Positions 53,813 to 61,902 of a stretch of 64,000 nucleotides of DNA are shown piece by piece; positions within the stretch are counted from its first letter, which is position 1; each line of letters opens with the position of its first letter. The translations under genes were made by a program, and so were the position numbers. Source of the stretch: Bacteroidota bacterium (GTDB lineage: Bacteria; Bacteroidota; Rhodothermia; Rhodothermales; Rubricoccaceae); assembly GCA_039024395.1 (NCBI GenBank), contig JBCCQJ010000001.1:3288-67287 (forward strand). Direction: 5' to 3'. The notes under the pieces are model-generated. The model made no database searches. It was not told the origin of the DNA and was given only the letters and a program-made list of their open reading frames with translations.

Positions 53813-56173
53813 CTAGCGGATGATGACGAACTTGCCTTGCGTCGACTCCCCGTCGGGCGTCGTCACGACGTAGAAGTAGACCCCCGAGGCGAGGCGCTGG
53901 TTGTTCCGCGTCTCCTGGAGGTAGGCCACCGAGTAGGTCGGGCTGTCGTGCTCGATCGTCTCGACGAGCTGGCCCGCAAACGAGTAGATCCGGATCGTGG
54001 CCTGGGCCGGGAGGCCGTAGAACCCCATCCGCAGCGACGACTCGCTCGCGCCCCCAAACCCCGACCCGACCACGAACGGGTTGGGCACCACATGGACGTC
54101 GCCGAGCTGGGCGACGGCCCCGAGCTGGGTCTCGAACGCGGTCACGTTCGTTCGGCCGCTCCGCCCCCCGTTCTCGTCGACCGAGACGACCGAGTAGTAG
54201 AACGTCTCGCCCACGACCGGCTCGGGGTCCGCGACGACGTAGTCGCCGGCCGGCACGAAGCTGTACGTGGCGCCGTCGTGGACGAACGCCGGGTCGCCGG
54301 CCTCGACCGTCGCGAGGGTCTCCCACGGCCCCGCCGGGTGCGTGCTCCGGGCCACCTCGTAGCGGGAGAAGGAGCCGGTGAGGCGCGGCGCGCTGAAGCC
54401 CTCGACCGCGGCCGACCAGTAGATCACGTTCTGGGCCTGGTCGTCGCTGGCCACGTTGAGCGCCGGCGCCGGGACCGGGATCGGGAGCCGGTAGACGCCC
54501 GCCTCGGGGTTCAGCTCGGGGCGGTTGTACGCGGGCGCGGCGAACTCCTCGCCGGTGTAGGCGAAGTAGGCCCGGTCGGCCACCTCGCGGACCGTCACCA
54601 CGTCGGAGTTGACGTAGTCGGGAAGGTCGTACTCCGAGAGGTAGGCACTCCCGTGGCGCTTGATAACCGTCCCCTCGTCCGCACCCGGCCCGTAGGGGAA
54701 GATGCCCGGGAAGACCGGGTTGCCCCCGTAGCGGACAGTGTCGGCGTACGAGGCGAGAGGAAAGAACCCGCGGCTGCCGTCTTCGCCGCAGTCCTCACCG
54801 CACGACCCACCCCAGTCGACGACGTAGTTGTCCTGATCGGGGGTCGTCCGCTCGCCTGGCGGGAGGTAGGCCTGCTCCGGCCGGATGGCCCCGAAGCCGA
54901 TCACCTCGGCCAGCGCGAACCGGGCGGTCTCGCCGATCTCGAGGTCGTACGGCCCGAAGACGGTGATCCGGCCGGTCGCCCACCGCGTCTGGCGGAAGTT
55001 GTAGCGCCCGGCACCCACCCAGTAGTCGAGGAAGTGCTGGTAGGCCGGGTCCTCGATGCCGCCCTCGGGCGGGATCACCGAGCCCTCGCGGAGCGGCGCG
55101 TTCTTGCGCGTGTCCACGCGGAGGTACTGCGTGAGCTTCGAGGCCCGGAGGTTGCTCGTCTCCTGGCGGACGAACCACGGCTGCTTGATCTTGACGCCGC
55201 CGCCATACTCCCCCGTCCACACGATCGCCGAGTCGCTCTGGGTGACGTCGACCAGCGTCCCGCTGTCGATCGTCGAGAGGTGCTCGGTGTCGAAGCGGAG
55301 CATCATGTAGCCCGGCGTGCCTGGGGCGTTGAGGCCGCCGCCGTTCTCGCCCGTCTCGGACCACTCGCGGTAGTAGACCGGGTCCGGCAGGCCCGTCTGG
55401 TGGTAGGTGTAGTTGAGGAACCGGAACGGGTCGAACCGGCCGCGCTGGTCGTTGTCCTGGTACTCGTCGTCGGTCCAGGCGCCGTAGGTCCGGAGGTTGC
55501 CGAAGAGGTTCGGCGCGAGCCCGTACGAGAACGCGATTGTGACGTCGGTGATGGGCTGGTCGGTGTCCGGGATCGTGTCGCCGTCGCGGTCGCCGGTGTA
55601 CTCGAAGGCGTACTCGTAGACGATCAGGTCGTCGTAGTCGGGGTAGCTCCAGGCCCGGCTCGTCCGCGTGACCGTGATGCCGACCGGCGTGGCCCACGAG
55701 GCGACGATGATCTCCTCGGCCTCGTCGGGATCGTAGGCCGGGTTGAGCGTGCCGTCGTCGAGGACGGGGTAGTTCTCGGTCCGCGTGATCGTGAGCGGGA
55801 ACGCCCACCGCCCAACGGTGATGTCCGGCTGCGAGGCCCCCACACCGCCGCTGAGCGCGTGGACGCGGTCGGTCGAGTCGGGGAGCTGGGCCGAGATGTA
55901 GACGCCGCCGCCGTTCGTGTAATGCTTGCCGTCGTAGTTGATGTCGTCGACGGTCACGCGGGAGTTGCCTGGCCACTCCATCATGGGCACCTCGGTGGCG
56001 TTGCCACCACCCCCTTGGTGGTAGGCCCGGCCGATCTCGCCGGTGTTGAAGACGGTCTCGTGGAGCATGCCCCGCGAGTGGATCTCGAACCGCCGCTGCG
56101 CCTCGGCCGGGAGCGCCGCGGCTACCCCGAGGAGGGCGACGAGGCCGGCGCGCATCGTGTGTCGGAGGGTCAT
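53813..56173 (-). CDS. 786-aa surface protein of unknown function with an FN3-like region and a CTD-like C-terminus
   Basis: Signal ...GLVALLGVAAALPAEAQ. C-terminus VVPNPFVVG...ATIRIYSFAGQLVETI...GVYFYVVTTPDGESTQGKFVIIR. 1-nt gap to the TonB receptor stop. Confidence 0.75.
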   Translation of the reverse strand: MTLRHTMRAGLVALLGVAAALPAEAQRRFEIHSRGMLHETVFNTGEIGRAYHQGGGGNATEVPMMEWPGNSRVTVDDINYDGKHYTNGGGVYISAQLPDSTDRVHALSGGVGASQPDITVGRWAFPLTITRTENYPVLDDGTLNPAYDPDEAEEIIVASWATPVGITVTRTSRAWSYPDYDDLIVYEYAFEYTGDRDGDTIPDTDQPITDVTIAFSYGLAPNLFGNLRTYGAWTDDEYQDNDQRGRFDPFRFLNYTYHQTGLPDPVYYREWSETGENGGGLNAPGTPGYMMLRFDTEHLSTIDSGTLVDVTQSDSAIVWTGEYGGGVKIKQPWFVRQETSNLRASKLTQYLRVDTRKNAPLREGSVIPPEGGIEDPAYQHFLDYWVGAGRYNFRQTRWATGRITVFGPYDLEIGETARFALAEVIGFGAIRPEQAYLPPGERTTPDQDNYVVDWGGSCGEDCGEDGSRGFFPLASYADTVRYGGNPVFPGIFPYGPGADEGTVIKRHGSAYLSEYDLPDYVNSDVVTVREVADRAYFAYTGEEFAAPAYNRPELNPEAGVYRLPIPVPAPALNVASDDQAQNVIYWSAAVEGFSAPRLTGSFSRYEVARSTHPAGPWETLATVEAGDPAFVHDGATYSFVPAGDYVVADPEPVVGETFYYSVVSVDENGGRSGRTNVTAFETQLGAVAQLGDVHVVPNPFVVGSGFGGASESSLRMGFYGLPAQATIRIYSFAGQLVETIEHDSPTYSVAYLQETRNNQRLASGVYFYVVTTPDGESTQGKFVIIR

Positions 56174-56174
56174 C

Positions 56175-59048
56175 TTAAAGGTCGACTGCGAGGCCGAGGA
56201 AGAGCGAGCGGGGCGCGTTGTCGTAGATCCGGAAGACCTGGTTGGCCGGCTCGGGGAAGCTGTCGCCGAGGTAGAGCTCGAGCGCCTCGTCGGGGTCGTC
56301 GGTGAACCCGTCCGGCGTGAGGTCTGACGGGTTGACGGCGAAGTCGTAGGCCCGCAGGTTGCGGACGTCGCGGAAGACGCGGTTGTAGTCGTAGACCCGC
56401 TGGTTGAACAGGTTGACGACTTCGAGGAAGAGCGAGCCCTCGGCGCCCGACGCGAGTTGGAACGGGCGCGTCACCTTCAGGCTGGTCTCATACTCCATCG
56501 GCGCGCGGGCGTCGGCGACGAGAACCTCCTGGCCGGCAGCGAATGACGTGTAGGGCCGGCCCGAGCGGACGCGCGTCCGCACTGAGGCGGTCCAGCGCCC
56601 GAGCGGGCGGACGCCGGCCACCTCGGGGCCGAGGTCGCGCGGCGTCGAGGCGGAGAGCTGGGCGATCAGGTTGTGCGTCCGGTCGAAGTCGAGGAGGATG
56701 TCGTTGAGCCCGATCCCGACGCGCTGCTCGTCGATCGTCCCGTCGAGGCCGCGGATGAACTGGGGGGGCGCGTCCTCGGCGCTCGACGTTCTGCCGGTGG
56801 CGACCTCGTAGCGGTAGCGAACCGACCCGCGCACGAGCCCGCGCCGACGCTGAACCGAGACCCGGAAGCCGCGGATGTCGGCGTAGTCGCGGTTGATGTA
56901 GGTCTGGTACGGAATGTCGACGCCCTCGCTGAAGAAGGCGAGCTGGACGAGGTTGCGAACGTCCTTGTAGTAGCCCGAGAGGTCCATCGTGAACCCGAGC
57001 GGGAGCTGCTGCGCCACGCCGACCTCGTACATCCGTGTCTCCTCGGGCTTGAGCTGGGGGTTGCCGAGCTGGATGATGGCGAGGTCGTTCGACCGCTGGA
57101 TCCGGCTCACGAGCGAGCGCTCGAACGGCGGCCGCTGGAGGAACGAGCCGTAGTTGAGGTGGAAGACGGTATTGACCGAGACCGGGAACGAGGCCCCGAG
57201 GCGGGGCTGGAGCCGGGCCACCCACGCGGTGTTGTCGACGAGCGCCAGGTCGGGGTCGCGCTCGGCGTTCTCGCCCACGGCCGGCTGCGTCGGGTCGAAG
57301 CCGGGGTTCGCGTACGGGTTGTACAGGTCCGAGAAGTAGTCCGTGTTGAGGTTGTAGGCGTCGAACCGGAGGCCGAGCCGGGCGATCAGGCCCTCGTACT
57401 CGATCTTGTCCTCGGCGAAAAGCCCGATCTCGAACGGGTACACGCTGAACGCCTCGTCCTGCGCGTCGGACGGGCTCGACAGGTTGAGCCGGTTGTCCAC
57501 GTCGAGGTGGTAGAGCCGCCCCTGGACGCCGACCTTGACGAGGTGGTTGTTCGTGACCTGGTTGTTATACGTCGCGTCGAGGGCGTACGTCGAGGCCTGC
57601 TCGTTGCGGAAGTCGTTCTCGGTGTAGCCGACGCGGAACTGGTCCGGCGTGTTGAAGAAGCGCCACACGCCGAGGTCGCTGGTGTCCTCGCGGAAGCGGG
57701 CCGGATCGAGGATGGTCGCGCCCGTCTCGTAGTCGTTGCGGAGGACGCTCACCGAGACATCGGCGAAGCTGGACGGGTCGAGGACGACAGCCAACCGGGC
57801 TGAGGCGCCGAGCGTGGTCTCGTCGACCTGGGCGAATCCGCGCTCGCGGTCCCAGAGGTACTGCCAGAAGCTGCTCGTGAACTCGAACCCGCGGACCCGG
57901 TTGAAGGCGCCGGCGAGCTGCAACGAGGCGGCATCCGAGAGGGCAACGCGGGCGCTCCCGAGAAGCTGGCGCGTCCGCTCGGGCTCGTTCGTCGGGAGGG
58001 CGTACCACTCGTCGGAGAACCGCCCGCCGATGAAGACACGGACGCGGTCTGAGACCGGCCCGCCGACGGAGAGGTCGAACTGGGTGTCCCACACGTCGTC
58101 GTACTCCGTGTTCAGCTCCTCGCGGGCCTGCGCCCAGACGGCCTGCGCGATCTCAGCGGCCTGGAGGCTGTCCTGGGCTGTGTCGAGGCCGTAGGCGCTG
58201 CAGAAGCTGAGGCCGATCGAGCACGAGAAGAGACCCTCACCGCTGTCGCCGCCCCACTCCTCGACCGTGTCGAAGGCGAGGAGGTACGGGTTGTTGTCGA
58301 GGCTGAAGACACTCCCCCCGAAGTGCTTGTAGCCCGGCGCCCGGACGCGAAGGCTTCCCGACCCCTCCCAGCGGTCGAACCCGCCGGACTGGAGGGCCAT
58401 GTTGATGACGCCACTCTGCGCGTTGCCGTACTGGGACGGGAACCCGCCTGTGATGACCTCGACCTCCTCGAGGGCGCTCGCGATCGGGTCGAACGCGCGG
58501 GCCCCAGTAAACGGGTTGACGATGTTGATCCCGTTGAGGAGATAGAGCTCCTCGCCAGTCCGCCCGCCTCGGAAGTGGCCGTCGGTCGCCTCGACCGTCA
58601 GACCGATCACGTCGGTGAGCGAGTAGACGCCGGGCGCCTCGGCAACCTCGCGGGGCCGGATGATCTCGCTCGACGCCGTGCGCTCGGGCTCGATGTCGGG
58701 CCGCTCGGCCGTCACCACCAGGTCTCCCTCGATCGCGAGGTCCTCGGCAAGGAGAACGAAGTCGACCTCGGTGGTCCGGTCGTTGTTGACCACGACGCCC
58801 TCCTGCACCACGGTCTGGAGGCCGACGAATGCCGCCCGGAGATCGTACGTCCCGGGCGTCACGGTGAGGATGTTGTAGACGCCGTCGACGTCGGTCGAGG
58901 CGCCCTGCGTCGTCCCCACGATGAGCACGTTGGCCCCCGGGATGGGGGCGCCGTCTGCGTCGACGATCGTGCCGGTCAGTTTTCCGGTCTGAGCGTGGGC
59001 TCCGCTGGCGAGCGCGATGGCGAGAGCACCGAGCCAGAGTCGTTGCAT
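56175..59048 (-). CDS. TonB-dependent receptor with an N-terminal CarboxypepD_reg domain (SusC-like; no SusD partner)
   Basis: Signal MQRLWLGALAIALASGAHAQ. GKLTGTIVDADGAPIPGANVLIVGTTQGASTDVDGVY. Plug and barrel. Start trimmed to the ATG at 59048. Confidence 0.88.
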   Translation of the reverse strand: MQRLWLGALAIALASGAHAQTGKLTGTIVDADGAPIPGANVLIVGTTQGASTDVDGVYNILTVTPGTYDLRAAFVGLQTVVQEGVVVNNDRTTEVDFVLLAEDLAIEGDLVVTAERPDIEPERTASSEIIRPREVAEAPGVYSLTDVIGLTVEATDGHFRGGRTGEELYLLNGINIVNPFTGARAFDPIASALEEVEVITGGFPSQYGNAQSGVINMALQSGGFDRWEGSGSLRVRAPGYKHFGGSVFSLDNNPYLLAFDTVEEWGGDSGEGLFSCSIGLSFCSAYGLDTAQDSLQAAEIAQAVWAQAREELNTEYDDVWDTQFDLSVGGPVSDRVRVFIGGRFSDEWYALPTNEPERTRQLLGSARVALSDAASLQLAGAFNRVRGFEFTSSFWQYLWDRERGFAQVDETTLGASARLAVVLDPSSFADVSVSVLRNDYETGATILDPARFREDTSDLGVWRFFNTPDQFRVGYTENDFRNEQASTYALDATYNNQVTNNHLVKVGVQGRLYHLDVDNRLNLSSPSDAQDEAFSVYPFEIGLFAEDKIEYEGLIARLGLRFDAYNLNTDYFSDLYNPYANPGFDPTQPAVGENAERDPDLALVDNTAWVARLQPRLGASFPVSVNTVFHLNYGSFLQRPPFERSLVSRIQRSNDLAIIQLGNPQLKPEETRMYEVGVAQQLPLGFTMDLSGYYKDVRNLVQLAFFSEGVDIPYQTYINRDYADIRGFRVSVQRRRGLVRGSVRYRYEVATGRTSSAEDAPPQFIRGLDGTIDEQRVGIGLNDILLDFDRTHNLIAQLSASTPRDLGPEVAGVRPLGRWTASVRTRVRSGRPYTSFAAGQEVLVADARAPMEYETSLKVTRPFQLASGAEGSLFLEVVNLFNQRVYDYNRVFRDVRNLRAYDFAVNPSDLTPDGFTDDPDEALELYLGDSFPEPANQVFRIYDNAPRSLFLGLAVDL

Positions 59049-59057
59049 GGAGGAGAG

Positions 59058-59069
59058 GGAAGCGCTTCC
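59058..59069. promoter_or_regulatory. perfect 12-bp palindrome GGAAGCGCTTCC in the receptor leader
   Basis: 10 nt upstream of the ATG. Related copies at 44228-44239 and 34344-34355. Confidence 0.4.
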
Positions 59070-59083
59070 GATCCCCGAACGTA

Positions 59084-59108
59084 CCTGTAACATGTCATAC
59101 AAGTCAAG
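59084..59108 (-). promoter_or_regulatory. site 3 of the conserved PUL motif, 36 nt upstream of the receptor start codon
   Basis: CCTGTAACATGTCATACAAGTCAAG (minus strand: CTTGACTTGTATGACATGTTACAGG). Confidence 0.55.
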
Positions 59109-59154
59109 ACAATGCCTTCAACCATGATAGGAGGAGGACCCGGGCGCACGCGGG

Positions 59155-59377
59155 TCAAGTAGCGAATCTCGTGGGTTGGCGAAAAGGGGCATGGAGGGGC
59201 TCCATGTCGAGGTAGCGGCGCTGGCACCCGTCCTCGGAGACTCGCAGCAGCACAGCCGATGCCAGCGTCTCCCCGCTCTGCCCGCTCGGGAATACACCCA
59301 CGACGCGCGTGCGACGCTTGACCTCCCGCATGACCCGCCCGACGAGTCTCTGAAGCACCTCGCGCGAGCCCGTGATG
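59155..59377 (-). pseudogene. IS256-family (mutator-type) transposase relic, C-terminal ~70 aa only
   Basis: ...TGSREVLQRLVGRVMREVKRRTRVVGVFPSGQSGETLASAVLLRVSEDGCQRRYLDMEPL matches the recalled C-terminal pattern (E.LN.EIKRRT.VVGIFPN....RL..AVL.E..E.W...RYL.M). Confidence 0.6.
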
Positions 59378-59379
59378 GC

Positions 59380-59519
59380 TTCGACCTCGTGCGGGTGGAG
59401 GACCGGACGGCCTGGTTCGACGGGCTCACCTACCACCTCGTGGACCCGGATACGCTGCAGATCTGGGTGGCCCTTCGCGAGGGCGGCGCGGTCATCGAGG
59501 CGAGCCTCACCCTCCGCCG
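59380..59519 (+). repeat. right copy of the 140-nt direct repeat (orphan 3' fragment of the 28885..29412 gene family)
   Basis: Translates FDLVRVEDRTAWFDGLTYHLVDPDTLQIWVALREGGAVIEASLTLRR. No 5' part is present. It abuts the IS256 relic. Confidence 0.85.
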
Positions 59520-59569
59520 CCAGCCGGTCCGGCTCCGACCGTCCGAACAGCCCCGAGGCGGACCTGACG

Positions 59570-59800
59570 AGTGTGCGGACGTGCCCAGCAATGTGCGTCG
59601 GGGCTCGTCGACAGGTCGTAGGACGTGCCCAACGCCCCCGACACCAAGTTCCGCATTGCCTCGACGACGAAGCAGTTCACGGCGGCGCTCGTCCACCGCC
59701 TCGCCGAGGCGGGCCGGATCGATCTCGACGCTCCGATCTCGACCGTCCTCCCCGACTACCCGACGCCGCAGGGGACGCGCATCCCCCCACGTACCTCCTC
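59570..59800 (+). pseudogene. truncated/frameshifted serine hydrolase (beta-lactamase-like) fragment
   Basis: PDTKFRIASTTKQFTAALVHRLAEAGRIDLDAPISTVLPDYP (SxxK = STTK). The frame then decays, and most of the N-terminal region and the whole C-terminal region are missing. Confidence 0.5.
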
Positions 59801-59891
59801 AACCAGGACGTCGCCCAGGCCTCTGGCGCGACGACGCGTCGGTCCCAGAGCCGGGTCGGCCGATGAGCCGAGCGTCCGTACTTCCCCGATG

Positions 59892-59927
59892 AGCGCTGGT
59901 CGCGATGCGAGGGCCAGCGCTTTCTCG
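59892..59927 (+). terminator. degenerate copy of the 22525-22558 terminator
   Basis: AGCGCTGG-14 nt-CCAGCGCT followed by TTTCTCGT. Part of the duplicated module 59806-59927. Confidence 0.35.
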
Positions 59928-60007
59928 TGAGCGATGGCCTCTGGCGCGGTTGAGACCCGCTGGCGTCTGGCACACCGCCAGCGGGGGGACCTGGCGACCG
60001 CGAGGGG

Positions 60008-61186
60008 TCAGGGAGCGGTGGTGAGGGTCCCGTTGGCATCGAGCACCGGCCGGAGGACGGACACGATCTGCTCCACGATCTGGTCGCCACTGCCGAGGCC
60101 ACCGCCGTTGGACATCAACGCAACGACGAGGTCTTCCTCGGGGAAGAGCACCACGATGCACGACGCCCCCGCCTGCCCACCGGGATGCCCCAGCGAGCCG
60201 GGAAACCGACCGATCAGGTCGACCCCGTGACCGTAGCCGGACGGGATCTCTTCCCCATTCGGGCCGACAGGCTCGCGGCTCATGACCGCGATGGTCGCCT
60301 CCGTCACGAGATTGCCCGCGTCGAAGGCCATCGCGAAGCGGACGAGGTCCTCCGCCGTCGAGAGGTGGCCGCCAGCGGGCAGGTTCTCGCTCACGTCGCG
60401 AAGGGCTGCCCGGCGCACGTCGTTCAGACCTGCCATGTCGTAGCCTGTGGCCCGGTTCGGGATGAGGGCCTGCACGTCGTCCGGAACCGTCGCGTCCATG
60501 CCGACGCGGTCGAAGACCTCCTCCTGGAGGACCGCGCTGTAGGGCTTCTCGGCCGCTCCGGCAAGGACGCACCCGAGGACGCGGTAGCCGAACGAGGAGT
60601 AGGCGTAGCCCCGCCCGGGCGTGTACAGCAGAGGGTCGTCGGCGAACACCGCCAGCGGGGCGACGACATCCGTGTAGCGGGTGACGCTGCTCGCGATCGC
60701 GCGGTCGCGGCGGGTCTCAATGGCGCGGCGCTCGGCATCCGTCGTGGCAGCCGCCAGAAGGTCGTCGTAGTCCTCGTAGTGGCGGATGCCGGATGTGTGC
60801 GAGAGCAGTTGGCGCGCCGTGATGGGCGCGCCTTTTTCTGGGTAGGCCGGGCAGTAGGTCTGGATGGGCGCGTCCAGGTCGAGCGCGCCGCGCTCGGCCA
60901 GCCGCATCACGGCGGTGCCCGTGAACCATTTGGACACCGAGGCGGTGCGGTAGCGCGTGGCGGGCGTCGCCGGGACCGTGTTCTCCACGTCCGCGAAGCC
61001 GTAGGCACGCGACAGAGCCACCGATCCGCGGTGCCCGATGGCGACCTGGATGGACGGCAGGCCCGTGAGCTCCAGGGTGCCCGTGATGATCTGGTCCACC
61101 TGCGACGGCCAGGCGTCCTGGGCGTGCGCGAGCGGGGCGGCGGTCGCGAGCGCGACAAGAGCGATGGTGAGGGAGCGGAGACGCAT
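60008..61186 (-). CDS. serine hydrolase (beta-lactamase family), secreted
   Basis: Signal MRLRSLTIALVALATAAPLAHAQ. SxxK = SVSK. LLSHTSGI. Start trimmed to the ATG at 61186. Confidence 0.85.
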   Translation of the reverse strand: MRLRSLTIALVALATAAPLAHAQDAWPSQVDQIITGTLELTGLPSIQVAIGHRGSVALSRAYGFADVENTVPATPATRYRTASVSKWFTGTAVMRLAERGALDLDAPIQTYCPAYPEKGAPITARQLLSHTSGIRHYEDYDDLLAAATTDAERRAIETRRDRAIASSVTRYTDVVAPLAVFADDPLLYTPGRGYAYSSFGYRVLGCVLAGAAEKPYSAVLQEEVFDRVGMDATVPDDVQALIPNRATGYDMAGLNDVRRAALRDVSENLPAGGHLSTAEDLVRFAMAFDAGNLVTEATIAVMSREPVGPNGEEIPSGYGHGVDLIGRFPGSLGHPGGQAGASCIVVLFPEEDLVVALMSNGGGLGSGDQIVEQIVSVLRPVLDANGTLTTAP

Positions 61187-61203
61187 GGGAAGCCAGGAAG
61201 GGG

Positions 61204-61902
61204 TTACAGGAGAATGAGCCTCTGGCGGACGGCCTCGACGCGCGTGCGCCCGACAGGCACCTCGTCGCCAGAGGCCAGGACGGCGTGGTAACGGCTGCCT
61301 TCGCTGGCTCGAAGCCGGACGACCTCGTCCATGCGGACGAGGTACGAGCGGTGGACGCGCTCGAAGGTGGCGGGCAGCACCGCCAGCAGGCGGTCGAGCG
61401 ACTTGCTGTGGAGCCGGATAGAGTTGTCCCGCAAGACGAGCTCCGAGTAGGTGCCCGCCGCGCGGACGTAGGCCACGTCGGCCACGCGCACGAGGTCGAT
61501 GCACCCGGCGGAGCGGATGGCGAGCGAGGCGGCGGGGTGCTCGGCGCGAGCGCCGCGCAGGCGGTCGAGCGTGGTGCGCAGGCGCTCCGCGCCGAAGGGC
61601 TTGCCTACGAAGTCCAGCACGCCAAGGTCGAAGGCCTCGATGGCGCGCTCGGTGTGAGCCGACACCACGACGGTGTGAAACGGGCTCGCGGTCGAGGTCG
61701 CCAGCAGGTCGAAGCCGTCGAAGCCGTTCAGGTTGAGGTCCAGGAAGAGGACATCGATGTCGCGGCGGGTCAGGAGCGTCTCGGCCTCGTCCAGCGACGG
61801 GCAGGTCTCGATGGAGGCGATCTCGTCGCCCGCAGCCTCGCGGAGCAGCCGCTCCAGGCGCCGGGCGATCACGACCTCGTCTTCGACGATCAGCATGCGC
61901 AT
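61204..61902 (-). CDS. LytTR family response regulator
   Basis: MRMLIVEDEVVIARRL...DVLFLDLNL receiver domain plus the LytTR DNA-binding domain (HRSYLV). Start overlaps the kinase stop. Confidence 0.88.
   Translation of the reverse strand: MRMLIVEDEVVIARRLERLLREAAGDEIASIETCPSLDEAETLLTRRDIDVLFLDLNLNGFDGFDLLATSTASPFHTVVVSAHTERAIEAFDLGVLDFVGKPFGAERLRTTLDRLRGARAEHPAASLAIRSAGCIDLVRVADVAYVRAAGTYSELVLRDNSIRLHSKSLDRLLAVLPATFERVHRSYLVRMDEVVRLRASEGSRYHAVLASGDEVPVGRTRVEAVRQRLILL

Noticed and set aside
53807-56305. 832-aa plus-strand ORF. The same applies to similar long shadow ORFs: 41994..44345(+), 44291..46591(-), 46805..49228(+), 49323..51281(+), 32087..34138(+), 22846..24717(-), 25153..26976(-), 24903..26216(+) and 11338..12465(-).
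   Set aside because: All are antisense or out of frame relative to genes with recognisable domains. Their compositions are dominated by Arg/Gly/Pro/Ala, as expected from GC-rich non-coding frames.
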